The translations under genes were made by a program, and so were the position numbers. The notes below the pieces were generated by a model. It was not told the DNA's origin. It saw only the letters and a list, made by a program, of their open reading frames with translations, and made no database searches. Of a stretch of DNA of 57,156 bases, positions 27,277 to 43,309 are shown one piece after another. The stretch comes from Oikopleura dioica (lineage: Eukaryota > Animalia > Chordata): contig CAJRAX010000011.1 in assembly GCA_907165135.1 (NCBI GenBank), positions 1 to 57,156 on the forward strand, given 5' to 3'. Each line of letters opens with the position of its first letter. Positions within the stretch are counted from its first letter, which is position 1.

Positions 27277-28321
27277 GATTTTTTTCAGAACGGATTTTAA
27301 TTTTATTTAGTTGAAGAATATTTCGAAAATTTCCAAAAAATCATGAAAGAAGCATTTCCTTCCTTCGGAAAACGAAATTAACTGAATTGCTGAATAAACA
27401 AAACTACCGGACAAAAGCGTTTTATTGATAAGAAGAGCGAAAGCTGAAGTTGCGGGAGAGTCTTCGCAGTCGATTTGTTCCTGCTCGGATGAGTACTGCC
27501 GGCTTTTTGAGGAAGATTTCGTAAAATCTTGGATTGTTTCCGACAAAAAATTCTATTAAAATTCTCGTTTTCGGAAACATTCATGAAGCTGTAGACACAA
27601 AGAGCGACAACTTCACGGCGTTCGTAAATTATCTAATTAATATAAAATGTTGCTGAAAAGAAAGCCGTTCGTAAAATGACTAGGAAAAGAAAAGGGCTGA
27701 TCTTCGAAAGTTCTCTGCTAGTTGTTTTGTTTTCTTAAAAAGCTACAAATTAATCTTTCGAATTTGATTGTCTACCACAGTCCATCTTGAGAATCTGTCT
27801 TGAAAACGAAAATCTTTATTTTGAAAATGAAGCTTTCCATTTCTCAAAAAAAGCTGCTTGAGTTTGAAATTAAAAATAATGAGACAATCTAACGCTAAAT
27901 CAACGTCTCAGACGAGTTCATTACAGTCGCGAAAATCAGTTTCGAAAATCAAATTACAGAATAATTTATTTGTTTCAATTTAAAAGAGCTTTTCCCCGCT
28001 CGGGCTCGGGCGGAACGCGTCGGAAGCGGGCGGAGTGTAGACTTCAGTTTGACTAATTTGGCTCAGGATTGGCCGGAGCGCGCTCTCCGCCTCCAATAGT
28101 GGCCAATGAGCCGTGCATTTTAACAATTTCCTTTCTGAAAAAATTTCTCCGCCGAGATCTAAAGAACGCCACAATATAACAACAAAAGAGCCACCAAACG
28201 CCGTAAAAATTTCACCCGTGAAATTGTCTTTTTTACCTTTTTTTGAGAAAGAAAGAGATATAAGAAGAAGACTCTGTTACATAAATTCCTGTTAGATCAT
28301 TTCAATGAAGGTTACGAGGCC

Positions 28322-28495
28322 TTAGTCAGGATCTAAATTAAAATATCATTAATGGAAAGCCGCGTAGCGGCTTTTTAAAAAAACAAAGCCGCAAAAAAGA
28401 ATTAAAATATCAACAGAAAGGGTCATTTGAAGCGGCTTCGTTTCCAAAAAAGCCGCTACGAGGCTTTTCATTAATGATTTTTGAGATCGCCGACT
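28322..28495. mobile_element. MITE family A-related foldback
   Basis: aaaatatcattaatggaaagccgcgtagcggctttt is inverted at aaaagccgctacgaggcttttcattaatgattttt. Confidence 0.65.
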
Positions 28496-29188
28496 CTTTG
28501 AAATTCAATAATGACGTACCAAACTGGCTAATCGTCAAATATTGAATGAGAACGGCAGAATCACTTTCCCAAGATTCAAATCTGATCGCAAAATTGCTTT
28601 TCGCTCTTCGTTGATTTCAACAAAAAAGAGACAAAAAAGATCGCTTTGACCTTTTCGATGATTTTCGGAAAGAATAAAAAGTCTGTTATTGTTTCCGTAG
28701 CTAAGTTTTTGTACTGTGTTTCTTGAGAACCCGGCGAGATTAAGAAACTTAGAGAACAATGAGAAGCAACTCATCGAATGATTAATTTTTGCCGCGAAGA
28801 TTAAAGAAATATATCGAATTATTTTGAAGCTGATTTATGTATTTGTGAACCTCTTTTCAACCCTTCTTTATATCAAAAATGATCTACTTCTGACTCATCT
28901 TCTCCGAAAAAGCTCATACTCAGACGATTACCCCCTCATTTTCCCCTGAATGCCTCTTTTTTCCATCAGTTGGAATCCATTTTATTCAGCGTTATCGATT
29001 TTCCAATCGCTATTTACCGAAAAGCGCCTCGATCATGGCCAGCGAGCACTGCTTGTTTTTAATACTGTTTTTGGCGGATTCTAACAAAATTGTTTCTTTT
29101 CAGATTATTTTTATTTCTTTATGAAGTTTCGAAAATCGTGAAAATTGAGAAGGAAGAGAGAAGGGCTTTTTGAAAGAAAAATCTCAAA

Positions 29189-31155
<1,967 letters not shown>

Positions 31156-31815
31156 AAATTCAAAAGCCAACTCACGCACAAGTTTCTTCTCCTCACCTTA
31201 TACAGTATTCTACTTATTCATCACAGTATTTCAAAAAGAACCAACAACGATGATAATGAACATTCACTTTCCTCACTCTTTCCGAGCTTCCACTGCTACC
31301 CCCTTAAGAAAACTCTATTCAAAAGTGATTCTAGTCCAGAATAAAACCCAAAAATTCTTATCTTATTATCAAAATTGAGCTCTTGACCTGTATTTTCCAA
31401 AAAATCATGAACAAATGAACCTACCCTTAAAATTCTTAATTTCTCAACATGTTCTATTATTTCCAAATCGATAAAATCGTATCTGTACATTTTGGCTCCT
31501 CAAATTTAAAATTTTTGCGTCTTGAAATTACATTCCTGAAAAACTCTACTTACTTTTGCCTTAAAAAACGCGTTCAAAAAAAAGAAGAATAAACATGAAA
31601 ATATGAAAAATTCAAATTGAAATAAACCAAAATGCTAAAATGAAAGAAACACGCTCAAAAAGGGACCTCGTCTCTTTTTCAGTAAATTTTGAAAAATATA
31701 CCTTTATCATTTATTTTTTCGGAACTACAGAATTTGAAATAAAGTGAGAAAATTGCACCATGCAGGATTTTTTTACAGAAAAAGAAGAAAAAGGAACATT
31801 TAGGAAAAAAAGGAA

Positions 31816-32969
31816 CTATTGAAAACTAGTGAAGGAGGCAGGAGAAGGAGCAGGGGACATGACGGGGGTATCGGGAACGGGAGCAAAGGCAGGGACGCGT
31901 GGCAGTTGACGTTTGCTTTCGGACTTGACTAGTTTGATCTCGGCGTTGGGGAAGCGCGGGAAGATCTGAAAGCGGAATTGATCAATGAAAGATGATGAAG
32001 GATGTACTGCTATTCATACGACTCTACCTATAACCGCAGGCCGAGGAAGGTGTTGAAGCCATCCGAATTCAAAGGGGAGGGTCCCTCCCCGAGGAGAACT
32101 TCGCCCCTCCCTCGGCCTACAGCCTCGGAAAGAGAAAAATACCTTGATTTCCGGGTTGTTGAACTGCTTATGAACTTTGAGCGCGCTTTTATACTCGGCA
32201 AATCGAACCATTACTGCTCTTGCATGGCCTTGAACTAAAGAAAAGTGTTACCAAAGAATTCGTTGAGGATCAAACCTGAGGATATCTTGACGATTTCTCC
32301 AAATTTTTCCATGTGACTTCTTATAAAATCTTTTCTGAAGGTCTTTTCGCGGAGTCCTCTGATCATGACGGCGGTGGGTTTTGTCGAACTCTTGGCCCTT
32401 TCGACTTTTGCTTTTGCCTCTTCCTTTCGCTTTTTCTGAAGATAATTTTAAGGCCGTTAAAAATGATTGACTTTTCTACCTTTTCGGAGATAACGATGCT
32501 TTTAACAATTTGATTTCTGAGTTCTTCTTGCTGGTGCGCTTCGTAATTCAACAAACGGCCTTTTATATTATCGCCTTGGACTTCGAAGCTTCGCGAGTTG
32601 CCGTCTTTGAAGAACTTGACTCGGTCTTCTTTTTCTTGGTTGTATCGTTCGCGACGCTTGGCATCTGGAACAAGTAGTTTTTCGTCTTTTAAGGTCTTTT
32701 TGAATATTCATATATAGAGAGAAATCAAAGAAACAATGACAAAGCCGCGCTTTTCGCGGCTAACCATTTCCCGTTTCGTAGCCGCAAGCGGCTTCTCTAT
32801 CCCAGCAATTATAAAAGGCCGTTCCTGATTTAGCAACGACCCTTCTCCGATTCGAAATCTCGGGGCAGAAGGGATTGGAAGTTCCGGAAGAAGAGCTTTT
32901 CGAGTTGACAATTTCTTTCGTTTTCTTGTCTAACAGATTCAGCCCCGTTGGGAAGACGAAACCTGACAT
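31816..32969 (-). CDS. RRM-like domain protein
   Basis: Spliced AVMIRGLREKTFRKDFIRSHMEKFGEIVKISSVQGHARAVMVRFAEYKSALKVHKQFN fits the RRM beta-alpha pattern, followed by a Pro-rich tail. Confidence 0.6.
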
Positions 32970-33193
32970 TCTTTAAGTTAATGGTCAAACAAAAATACCG
33001 ATTTTCCGATTAAACTAGGGAGGCACTAATAAGATTTTGTTTTCAAGAATTGAATTTTGAAGATGCGCGAGAAAAAATGAAGAATCTGAAGATATTCTTT
33101 TCAGGAATGAGTACTTTGAGTTGAAAAAGAAGAGAAAGAGAGGAGCAGATTTACAAAAATAGACAGGCAGGGAGTTATAATTAAGATTCAAAG

Positions 33194-35152
33194 TCACAAA
33201 ATCATCATTTGTCCATGAAGTTTCTTCTGAGCTGCATCAACGATCGCGAACGCTGCTGAGAGGAGAGTTTTCGGGACGCTTTTTCCAGCGTTGATGACTT
33301 GAAAAGAAGGTAAGCAGTGCGCTAGAAATGATGATGGAATGGTTACCTCTTCGGTTGAAGATTCCTCGTAAAAAGAGATGGCTCGTTTCGGCAAGAGACT
33401 TTCGCTTTCGGTTTCAATCGAAGTCGGAAGCTCTGAAGTGAAGAGATAATGATTTTGCTGCGGAAGATAAAGAATTACCTGTCATGGCAGTACAGTCAAG
33501 CCCTTGCTCATCTGTTCCAATTATAGTATTTCTTCCATAGATTACTGCGCTATTTGAACTTGGATTGTCAGAGATGCTCTTTTCCGACGTTGCGTTCTAC
33601 AAAATATTTTCATTTTCCGGCAGAAATGAGCCATTCCTACCGTTAGATTCATCCTCGATCTTCGCAACGGCTTGGCAGGAGGCGTCGGACTCGTCGCGGA
33701 AGAAGTAGGGCCAGAAGAAAGCGTGTTTGAGGCGTTGGAATTGATCGTCTTTAGCGGCGTCTTTTTGACAGGGCTGACGCCGTTTGTCAAGTTGTCGGAA
33801 GAGACGAACAGTCGCGAAGCTCGCAGAGAACGGGCTCGATCAAGCGAGTGCGTATTCGACCGCTAAGGAGAGGTAGATGAGGGAGATAAGGGAGGTCTAC
33901 CTTGAGCTTGCCGACTTGGTCGATGAGTTCTGCCTGCGTTCGCTGGAATTTTCGGCCCTTGATTGTATTTCGCGTCGTTTCAACGCGGAAAAAGTGATGA
34001 TGGTCGATTCCAATCAGCCAGATTCGCTTCGCCACTCCTTAGATTGGCCATTTACGACGCGTCTTTATGGAAGAACAAACCTGTGGATGGGCAAATAAAG
34101 CCGATTTTCGTCTCCAAGTTGTTCACTATTCCAGCTCGTACTTTGACATAGAAGATATCTCGCTTGTAGCTGAGCTCGATTATCGTTGGCCAGGCGAATC
34201 TGTTCAACAAGATCGCTAGAAATCAGATGGAAACGGTGGAGAAGGGGTTACTCTTACTGTTTTGCATGATGTAAATTCCGCCAAAATGGCAGGCCAGGAC
34301 AAGATCCGTATTTTCCGCGTCCCGGACGTGAAATTGATGAAGCCTAAAAACGGTCAATTTCGCCAGCGAAATCAAAGAACTACCCATAAAGCGGTAATTT
34401 CGAAGCAGTTTCCAAATACTTCAGCTCCGCTTTTGAAGTCTTTAATCCATTGTGAGCCACGTGAAGGTCGGATATTCGTTGCATTAAGTTTTCGGAAACG
34501 TTTGGAGCGAGTTTGAGCGAGACGAGGGCGTTGTGATCTTTTTGAGTGTACTGAACAGGAGCATCGCCTAGTTCAGCTTGAGCTGCTAGCGAACCTTTTT
34601 CAGGGCTTCATCAGTGTTTGAATCTATCTTCGATCCTTTTTACTTGATTCTAGTGCTCTTGTCTCACTTCTTCAATGAGAGCTGAATCAAGGAAGATACG
34701 ACATTTCTAGCTTATTTAATCGTTATGTTTTATTCTGTAAAGCCCTTTCCTAGCAATGCATGCGTAACAAATGAAGCGAGAAGTCGTCCCTTTGCAATAT
34801 CGTCCCTCAGTTGGCGATACATGTACAATCTGGTGATTTCCTCGACCAAATAGGCCGGATCTGGCGGGTAGAGCTTCACGCAAAACTTCACCAGCCACGG
34901 CTCTTTTAGCTGCCTTCTTATTTCTTTATCCAGCCTTCAAAAACATCTCCAATCTCTTCAAAACAAAGAAGAATACCTGATCCACTTTCTTTGGTCGTTT
35001 TTCAGGGAAATATACAAGCCAAAGTATTCTTTCTCGCGAATGTCCAGTGAGTCGCACATCAAATCGAACAGCTTTTGCCCTGTCGCCTTCTTTTCGACCT
35101 CGAGGATCTTCGACTCTGCGCCAAAGACCTCGACTTGGATCTCTTTCTTCAT
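33194..35152 (-). CDS. FERM-domain (band 4.1-like) protein
   Basis: [90 protein letters not shown]. Confidence 0.9.
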
Positions 35153-35391
35153 ATTTTCGAATTTGATTCTAGCGCCGTGTACGATTTCCAACTGATCATC
35201 TGAAGGGAGGAAAGAGTTAGGGGCTTTCAAGTTTCAACTTGGTCAGTGACTTTTGGGCAGAAATTTTAACTAAAAGGGGAAAATAGGAAGTTTTTCGTTC
35301 GGAACAATTTTAGCAGAACTGGCATTTTAGACAGCTTTTGTCTAAGCAAAGATATTTCAGATAAAAGGGGGCAGAAAAGGAGTAAAAATAA

Positions 35392-37537
35392 TTAGTCTTC
35401 GATCATATCGTCAATCCAACCCCAGGCGATGATTGAAATGCGCCCTTCGTCTTTGAAATTGTTCGGGTGGACTGCCGGGATTCCGTGGCGCCATTCGACA
35501 TTCACTTCTTTGCCGAAGGTGTAGATGGTGCCGTTGTACTGGGGCACGGAGATCGTCGTTTTTGTCTTTTCAACTGTTCCATGAAGGAAGAGAACTAGGA
35601 GTACCTATCAATGGAAAAGCCGAGCTAGACTTGGAAGCCTGTGTAAAAAAACTGACAGGGTTTAAAAATCTCAGATGAAAAGCCACGTAGCAGCTTTTTC
35701 AACAAATTCTGAACATTTCAGACCCTGACTTAGGGCATGACTCAGGTTTTTTCACAGGTTTCCAAGCCTCTTCTTTCTCTCTCTTTCTCAAAATCTGAGG
35801 AACAGTTCCTTGGCGTGTTCAAAGGCAGCTTCGCGCTCCATGCCGAAGCTGACTGCAATGGTGAGGTTCTGCGTCTTCGCCTTGTCCGCCTGAATAATAG
35901 AAAAGGATAATAAAGCTTTGATAAATAGCGAGTGAAGGATGAAACCGCTTTAAGAAAGGTCAATCCGCCTCTTCCCCTTTTTAATTAAAATTACCTTTAC
36001 AGCAGCTGCATCGTGGTGAAACGGTTTCCACTCGCTCGAATTTCTGTACCAGTTGAAGCGCGTCGCTTTCACGTCCATTTTGAAGTACTCTGTCATTTTC
36101 TTCACAACTTTGAGGAAGGTGGGACACCTCTTCTTCCAATTTCCTTGTTTATCATCGGCGATCAAGTGGGAGTCGTTGTGCCATTTAACAAGTAGTTTAT
36201 CTAAAACGAATTATGAGAGATTTTGTCTTTTCGTAATTTCAACAAAAATGACCTTGTTTCGATGGTGAGTTAAATTTTTACCTTGATCGATGCCGGAGTT
36301 TTGAATCTCATCAAGTAGACTATTGTAAATGGACATGTCGTTTTCATCCCCGAATAGGCCATTTACAACGACGACATCCCTAATCTCAATTTTAATTAAA
36401 AGTCTCTATTATTGTCCCAGAAATATTGCTCGAGAAAGAGAAGGACGAAATAATCGATCGATTTCTCTGTTGAATAATTCTAGTAGCGCTCTTTTCTCCC
36501 TACCTATGGTTGTAAGGGCGTTTGTAGGAAGTCCAGTGAACAGGAGCAGGGACCAATCGGAGATCTGGCGGCTTGTAGCTTGGCTTGAAGTCGACTGTAT
36601 TTCGCCCCTTGACCATTTTGACGCTTTTGTTCTGTTTCGTCTTGTTTTCGTAGTTTTGGCTATTTTCGCCGTTGTAGGAGTGATCGTGGTCGCCGTTCTG
36701 GATTCGATTCTTCCAATTTTCATTTCGAGGATTTCGATGTTGACGATTTTGGTCTTGATCTTCGTGGCTCTGGCGAATGTGGTTGTTTTGCAGACGACCT
36801 CGTTGACCGCGATTTCCGCTACGACCTCTGAAATAAGAAATGATTAAGATATCTCTAGAATTATTCTGAGAACTGAAAGGCCGCTTGCCGCTTCTTGAAA
36901 AAGACCGAAAAGCCGCGCTCTAAAGCGGACTGGGCTCGGCAACCTGAGTAGAAAACCTGAGTCAGGGTTCTAAAAGAATAAAATGAAAAGCCGCTTCGCC
37001 AAAATAATCAACTCAATGAATTTTTTAACTAGCGAAGCCGCTTCGCGGCTTTGTTTTTAAAAAAGCCGCTTCGCGCCTTTTCATTTTACTCTTTATGAAC
37101 CCTGACTCAGGTTTTCTAATTAGGTTGCCGAGCCCAAAAAGCGGATTTGAATTGATTCGCATCGCAGCTTCGTTTTTAACGCGGCTTTTCATGAAAAACA
37201 ATATTTTACTTACCTGTTTGAATTCTTGAACTGATGCCTGTACTTTTCATAATCGTCGTTGTGATTCTGGTCCTTGGCAGATCCGGAATCTCCAGAATGA
37301 TGAAGCCGAACTTCTCGATCGTGATCGTGCTGGTAACTCTTTGGCTCCTGATGTTCTTCTTTTCGCGGTTTTGCCACGGAGAACTTTGAGAATTGCTCCG
37401 CCAGGTTGTCCAGGTCATTTGACTTTTCACGGCTCTGGAATAAAGAAGGTTAATAATTTCGAATAATCAATTTGAATTAAAAATAGAAATCTTACATTTT
37501 GCGGCCCTTTCGCCCGGTAAAATCGATCTTCTGACAT
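35392..37537 (-). CDS. AlkB-like 2OG-Fe(II) oxygenase with Arg/Asn/Gln/His-rich N-terminus
   Basis: RFNWY, PFHHDAAA (HxD), IAVSFGMEREAAF, EWRHGI (distal His), GRISIIAWG (2OG-binding Arg), across about 7 exons. Confidence 0.8.
35628..35768. mobile_element. MITE family A inside a GA-AG intron
   Basis: cttggaagcctgtgtaaaaaa / ttttttcacaggtttccaag inverted ends, with gaccctgact..gactcagg core. Confidence 0.65.
36930..37137. mobile_element. MITE family A, best-preserved copy with 8-bp TSD
   Basis: About 40-bp TIR ctgggctcggcaacctgagtagaaaacctgagtcagggttc / gaaccctgactcaggttttctaattaggttgccgagcccaa. AAAGCGGA is duplicated at 36922-36929 and 37138-37145. Confidence 0.85.
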
Positions 37538-38569
37538 TGTCTGATTCTTCTCTCTCTCTCTTTTCTCCTCTCGAAATTCTCGATCGATAAAATACAATTC
37601 GTAATTCGCGAAATTGGCAGCTGCGTCTCGGAAAAATTTTTTCGCGCGCGATTTCGCCCGACTGGATTCTCAACTGACGCGCCTCGGCCAATTAGATTCG
37701 CGCGTTCGTGGAAAGTCAAATTCTCAATTAGGAGTTACAAATTTCGATTCTAGAGCCTAGTATCTGAATTCAACCCACAGTTTAGTAAAGAATTTAAAAG
37801 GATTTATCCCTGAAATAAAGATTGAAAAGATTTGAAAAAAACATCGAATTTTTCTATTGATTCCCGATTTTTCTCCTCATTTTCGCGTGGATCTGAAGTT
37901 TGTACATTTCACAGCTGGTAGTGAAGCTGCTTGGTAGAAACTACACTTTAGAGATTTTTCCATCGGAGCCCTGAAGAATTACAAAAAATCACTTTCAGTT
38001 CGCAAACCGCTATTTCTTTGAACTCGCTCTTGATTTGCTCCTCTAGTTCGTTCGACTGCTTCTTGTCGTCTTTTCCCCGAATAAGTCTTGCAACAGTTCT
38101 GAACTCCTTCCAGTCCTCATCGACGCCGTCATCCAAATCGTGCAATTTATATATTATTTGACGTAAAAACTGATCAACGAAAGGAATAAAGCAGTTTTTT
38201 CCTGACAGGTCTTTTTGACTTCTTCCGAGGCCTCGCTGTGAAAGAACATCAGCTACTGGAACTCTTTAATGTTGATAGTACTGTCCTTATTTATGGTAAG
38301 AAATACGCGTTCGCCTAATCTTAAACAAAAAAGTTCAGTCGGAAACGCTGTGTGCCATTAAAATTAAGATTAAAGATTGAAATGTGACTGAGCTTATCAA
38401 CGAAGAAAATGGTTTCGTAGGAATATTTGTCGACCACAAAAGGAGAGTAAATGCACTAAGCAGCCACAAAAGACCTACCGGTCAAGCTATTTCTATTTAT
38501 GGAAAAGGGGTGTTTTCTTGTTGATTTTCACTTTCCATGAACTTTGGATCGTTTCATTTCCACAACAAG

Positions 38570-39162
38570 CAACAACATTATGAGCTCCTCTCTTCAGCCA
38601 TCGTCTACACCTTTATGGGCAGATCGAAAGATCTCGCCGTGGGTCCAAGAAACGTGGATTCCGATGGCTGCCGTCACGTAACAATCCTTCCCTTGAGACT
38701 TCGAAAACGGCGCTTTTCAGATCTGAATCGGACCCGAGATTGGCGAACTTGCTCTGTTTCTGCTCCGGAGCGATCATTCTTCTTCTCGGAATTTTCGATC
38801 TGGGCGCTGTCGTCAACTACATTTCAAATCCTGTTCTCGTTGGTTTTATTTCAGGAACGCGTTTTCATGAATAAGTTTCAAAAAAAGTCTTCCTTGATTT
38901 CTTCGCCAGATTTTGTGAAAGCGTGATTTCCAGCTGCATCGATCATCATCCCCTTTTCTCTTCTCGAGCGAGTGTCTGGTCTCTCTGGCCTTCCTGGACC
39001 TTTTACCAGAAAATGGTCATGCGCATTGGAGAGTCGAAATACTACGACGCGGTTATTGGACTGAGCACGCTCGCTACTCTCCTCGCCTTGAAAAATCTTC
39101 GAATTCACTTTGAAGACCCAAAAGAGGGCGACTCCGCGGTTGTGAAGTTTGGGCTTACTTGA
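38570..39162 (+). pseudogene. SLC26/SulP anion transporter fragment (SLC26A11-like), truncated and frameshifted
   Basis: VYTFMGRSKDLAVGP, LCFCSGAIILLLGIFDLGAVVNYISNPVLVGFISG and RIGESKYYDAVIGL occur in shifting frames. No C-terminal half or STAS domain is seen. Confidence 0.65.
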
Positions 39163-39960
39163 TTTCTTGCGGCGAAGAGTCCAATCCGTCTCTTCGATCA
39201 TGTTATTCACCGCATAGAGGCAGCGGATTGAATCTCTTTTCTTCCTTATTTTTCCTCGAGAAGCCGTTCAGTCCATTCCAGCGTCATTTCCGATCTCTGG
39301 AGCAGCTCTTGGCCGAGGTTTTGTTCGCTCAAGCTGACGACCACTTTCATCAAGCTCGCGCCTTCCGTCCGCGATTTCGAGCTAAAGACGACTTGAATTT
39401 CGGAGCTTTGAAATGGACTTACCAGCTGTTCTTCAATCCGAGCGCGTAAGAGGAATTCCTCAAGACACGAGATGATTTCCTGGAATATCTCGGCAATCAA
39501 AACTTGTTCCAACAAATTGAAGAGTCCGTTCAAAGATGATTTTTTCACGACGTCGTCGTAACAGTCCAAAGTCGATGACGCTGCCAAGTCGCAGAATTTC
39601 AGCTCCTCGTCGACGCTTTTTGTTGAATTGCTTATGGCGGAATCAAAGCTATCTTCGTCGTAGAAGTCTTGATAAATGATCATCTGGGACGACTTCAGTG
39701 TCGATTTCGCTCGTTGGATAAGATCTGGTGGCGCTTGCTCTCCGGATCGTATTTTCTTCACGACAGAATTTGAACTCTCTCTTCTGGTTCGGCTCCGTCT
39801 TTTCCAGCGTGTCTAGGAGTTCTGAATATTCGTTGTAGAAGAAAATTCGAGCCCTTAACTTACCTTTGCTCATTTTCTTTCTCAGTTCCTTGTCCCTTTT
39901 TTCTTTGATGCTCATCAAAGAAGAGCTTGGCGACGAGAACAGCGACTCCAATCGTGGCAT
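39159..39960 (-). CDS. Unknown protein, possibly disrupted
   Basis: Overlapping coding-like ORFs 39246-39761 and 39649-39960, no recognisable motif. Confidence 0.35.
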
Positions 39961-41738
39961 GAGAGAAGAAGACAGTGATGACTTTGCGGATTGAGGGCAT
40001 TTTGCACTGATACAGCTAACCGTTAAAAACGCTTGGGAATAAGGACTTGTTTGCTTGAAGCCCGGTACCTATTCTGCCAAATCTGGGAAACTGATAAATC
40101 AAAACTGCAGTTCGAAAGACGGGTTCGACAAAAGAATAAAGTTTGTTTTGTATTCAAATAAACATGCGTCTTTCACCTCATTTACAACTGCTCTTGACTA
40201 ATTTTTTACCTCGAAAAAACAGGAGTTTTCTTCTTTGATTTCAAGATTTGCTTTTGTAAAATGAAAAAAAGTATATTTTCAAAATAACAGCTTGAAGAGA
40301 ATGTCAGACGATCATTTGAGTACTTCTTCGTCCACGTGAGGAGAATTTGAATACTCAAAAATCACATCGACTAAACATTTTCAAAGTCATCGATTTGGTC
40401 TTCAACTAACGGAATTCTTGGCTTTTCAATTGAAAATCAGTCCCGCTGAGCATTTTGTTAATCACAATCAAGCATCTCATCTCATCAGAGAAAGAGCTCG
40501 AGGACGCGAGGATTCTGAAGCGGTAGCAAGAGCAGGCACTAGAGCCTTCGACCTCGCCTACATCATCATTCGCTTCTACGAGAAAGTCAACAAGGATATT
40601 TACGAGGACTTCTTGAATTTAAGCGAACTTGCAAGGTCTTAAATTCCTCCTAGAGCTGGAGCGTCTGACATGATATGATCTTTTCATGAAGCAATCCGTG
40701 TTCTACCGCTCAATCGGCGTCGACGAGGACTTCTGCAACTTCATGTTCAACTTAATGCGAGAAAAGCTGAACGAATACGCGAATGGGAAATCTAGCTGCC
40801 CTTGGACCGGCCGAAACAGCGAGTTTCCGAACAGCAAGCCGCAAGCATAACGACTCGTTATTAACGAGAATTCAATTCCTTTATTTGCAGAAAGATGAAT
40901 TTAGTCTAAGATTTGAAAACTTCGTTTATTAGTTATTAAGAAGCAGGAGAGAACTCTTTGAATATTTCTTTCAGAACTGCTATCGCTGAACTTTAAATAG
41001 ACGCTCTATTATAGACTCCACTATTTGAGTTCGCAAAATTGAAATTTGAAACTGTAATTTTACAAGAAAAATTGCGAACTGGCCTTGTGCTTCCGGCGAG
41101 GCAAATTTCCGCTGACTCTTCCAGATCTTGAATGCCTCCTTCAAATCCGGATCGTCACTTTCCGCGAAATCTTGTTCCTCCATTTGATCGTACTTTTCGC
41201 TAGCTTTGTCGAGCCCAAGCAGGAAGGACTCAAATTTGTGAAGTTTCTCCGCTCATCGCCTTTGAAACTCTTTCGCAATTTTCGCAATTTTCGCTTCTTG
41301 ATTTTTGACTGTACCTATAAGAGGTTCTTTTGGATCGGCAAATTCCCCGCCATCGTCAAGTAGCCAAGCAATTGTGGACATGTTGTGCTCGGCTTTAAAG
41401 CCATATCTTGCATAGAGATTGATTATTTTCTTCAGAACATGGCCTCTCTTTTGTTGGTTACAGGCTAGAAAGGATAAAAAATTATAACCAAATAGGGAAA
41501 AACGAAAATCGTACCTAAATGAAGAGAACTGTGCTTTCCTTTTGCTTTGAAAGGCTTCTCTAGCATTTCTTGGTCATCTTTATATCGTTTAAAAGTTATC
41601 TTTGAACTTGAAAACGGTTTTCTTCCGATGACAGCAAGGTCGAGAATGCTCATATTGAATTCGAGCTCATCCGAAGCCGAGCCGCAAGGAAGCTGGTGAA
41701 AACGTGCGCTGAAGTCACGCTGGAAATTATTAAAAGGA

Positions 41739-43075
41739 TTAAATTCTTTTACCTTGCGCGGTTCTCGTCTCGACCATGCTACGAGTCATCGAGCGCTCAT
41801 TCTGCAACTCCGTGAACGCCTTGACTGCTTTTTCCGTCACCGATCGAAGTCGTTTTCGGGGTGGCGGGCAGCTTCGTTCGCAAAGGCCATTTACTTCCAA
41901 CTTTTCTTCCCAGTATTTTCGCTGCTCCTCTAACTGAACGCTGTAGACTCTACAGTGTAGAGTTTCAATCACTCGGTTTGAATCTTTGCTTCCAAATCTT
42001 TCGAATTGTCCTTCGTCCCTACGATTTTCTCGGAGCTTTCGTTCGTAACCAGTCGATGGACGAAATAATCTCGAGCGTAGTCCCAAACTCGATTGTCGAA
42101 GATGTGTCCTAGAAATGCTCCTGAGCGTGCTCTTGTGTGCATCTCCCGCAGCTAATGTTTCCGCAAACGAGGCCTTATCCATAGATTTTCTTTTGAATTG
42201 CAAGAAAGACGTGCATACCCTTAGCTTTCCTGACTCGACGGAGTTTGCGTATATCGACAAACTGGGCAAGTGGAGTCTTCCTATTTTCAAACATTGAGAG
42301 TGGAAGGAATGATTGCAAAGAACGGTTGAAACGGACTTCACCGACTCGTCCATTCGCTCCAAACAAATCGTACAAGCAGGCAGCTCGGTGAGATTCGGTA
42401 ATGGCCAGCCTGCGCTTTCTCCAGCGTGAAGCAGTTCCACTTTTCCCACATACGTGATTTACGAAAACCTTTATAACTTTTTATGTGACGGCTTTTCTTT
42501 ACCTTGGCAAGTTTCTTCTAAGAGCGAGTTGAATTTCTGCCCAGTAATTGAGTGATAAAAAGTATCGGCACTTTGTTACTCGTCGAATTTTAAGAGAACC
42601 ATGTACTGATTCAGAGACTGGTCGCGCACGATCTTGATGTGTTCTATTTTCTTGTCGTAATTTCCGAGTGAACGGAGCAGATCCTGCGTGTCTAGATCCA
42701 CTGGAACATGTAGGAGCAGGAGCATGTCGCTAGGCCTTCCTCCGTGATGTTGAAGCCGTAGTTTGTCTTGTACAAGTGAATCAGCCCTTGAACTGATTTA
42801 AAAAGGAACTTGGGTTGGGAAAAGTTACCTTGGACAGATTCTATCGCAGCAAGACCGGACATGAACGGTTTTCGGTCGATGAGTTCGTTAGTCACTTTTT
42901 GCGATAGGTTCTGAGAGGGAAAAGATGTTGAAGATGAATTGCTTGAGTTTGAGTTACCTTGAGAGCGTCGGCGAAGGTAGATTCTACCTGAAAATCGACG
43001 GATTCGATTGAGTACTCGACGAATTGCCGAGATCAACGCATTTCTTGGGATTTTTCTCTGTCATTCGAGGACATG
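41739..43075 (-). pseudogene. BRAP: BRCA1-associated protein (BRAP2 domain, RING-H2, ZnF-UBP), disrupted
   Basis: IKIVRDQSLNQYMVLLKFDE*QSADTFY (in-frame TAA at 42576-42578), ELPACTICLERMDES..LCNHSFHSQCL, STCPVCRY, ENLWI..LVCGNISCGR and RVWDYARDYFVHRLV, with frameshifts and a missing segment. Confidence 0.8.
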
Positions 43076-43309
43076 ATATTGACTGCTGATTCTTTTCTAC
43101 CTCGGCGGGCTTTCATAGGACTAGAAAGAAGCAAATGAAATGTGTGATGTGATAGAAACTTAAGTTGTTAGTTTCAAATCAGAAAATAAGAAAATGCATC
43201 TTCAAAACTTAACGGAAACTTACTTATCAGAGCATTCTCGGAGACTAAATAATTATGAAACTGATAATTATCTAATAACCTGGAAGATAAATACTTTTTC
43301 TAAATAAAT

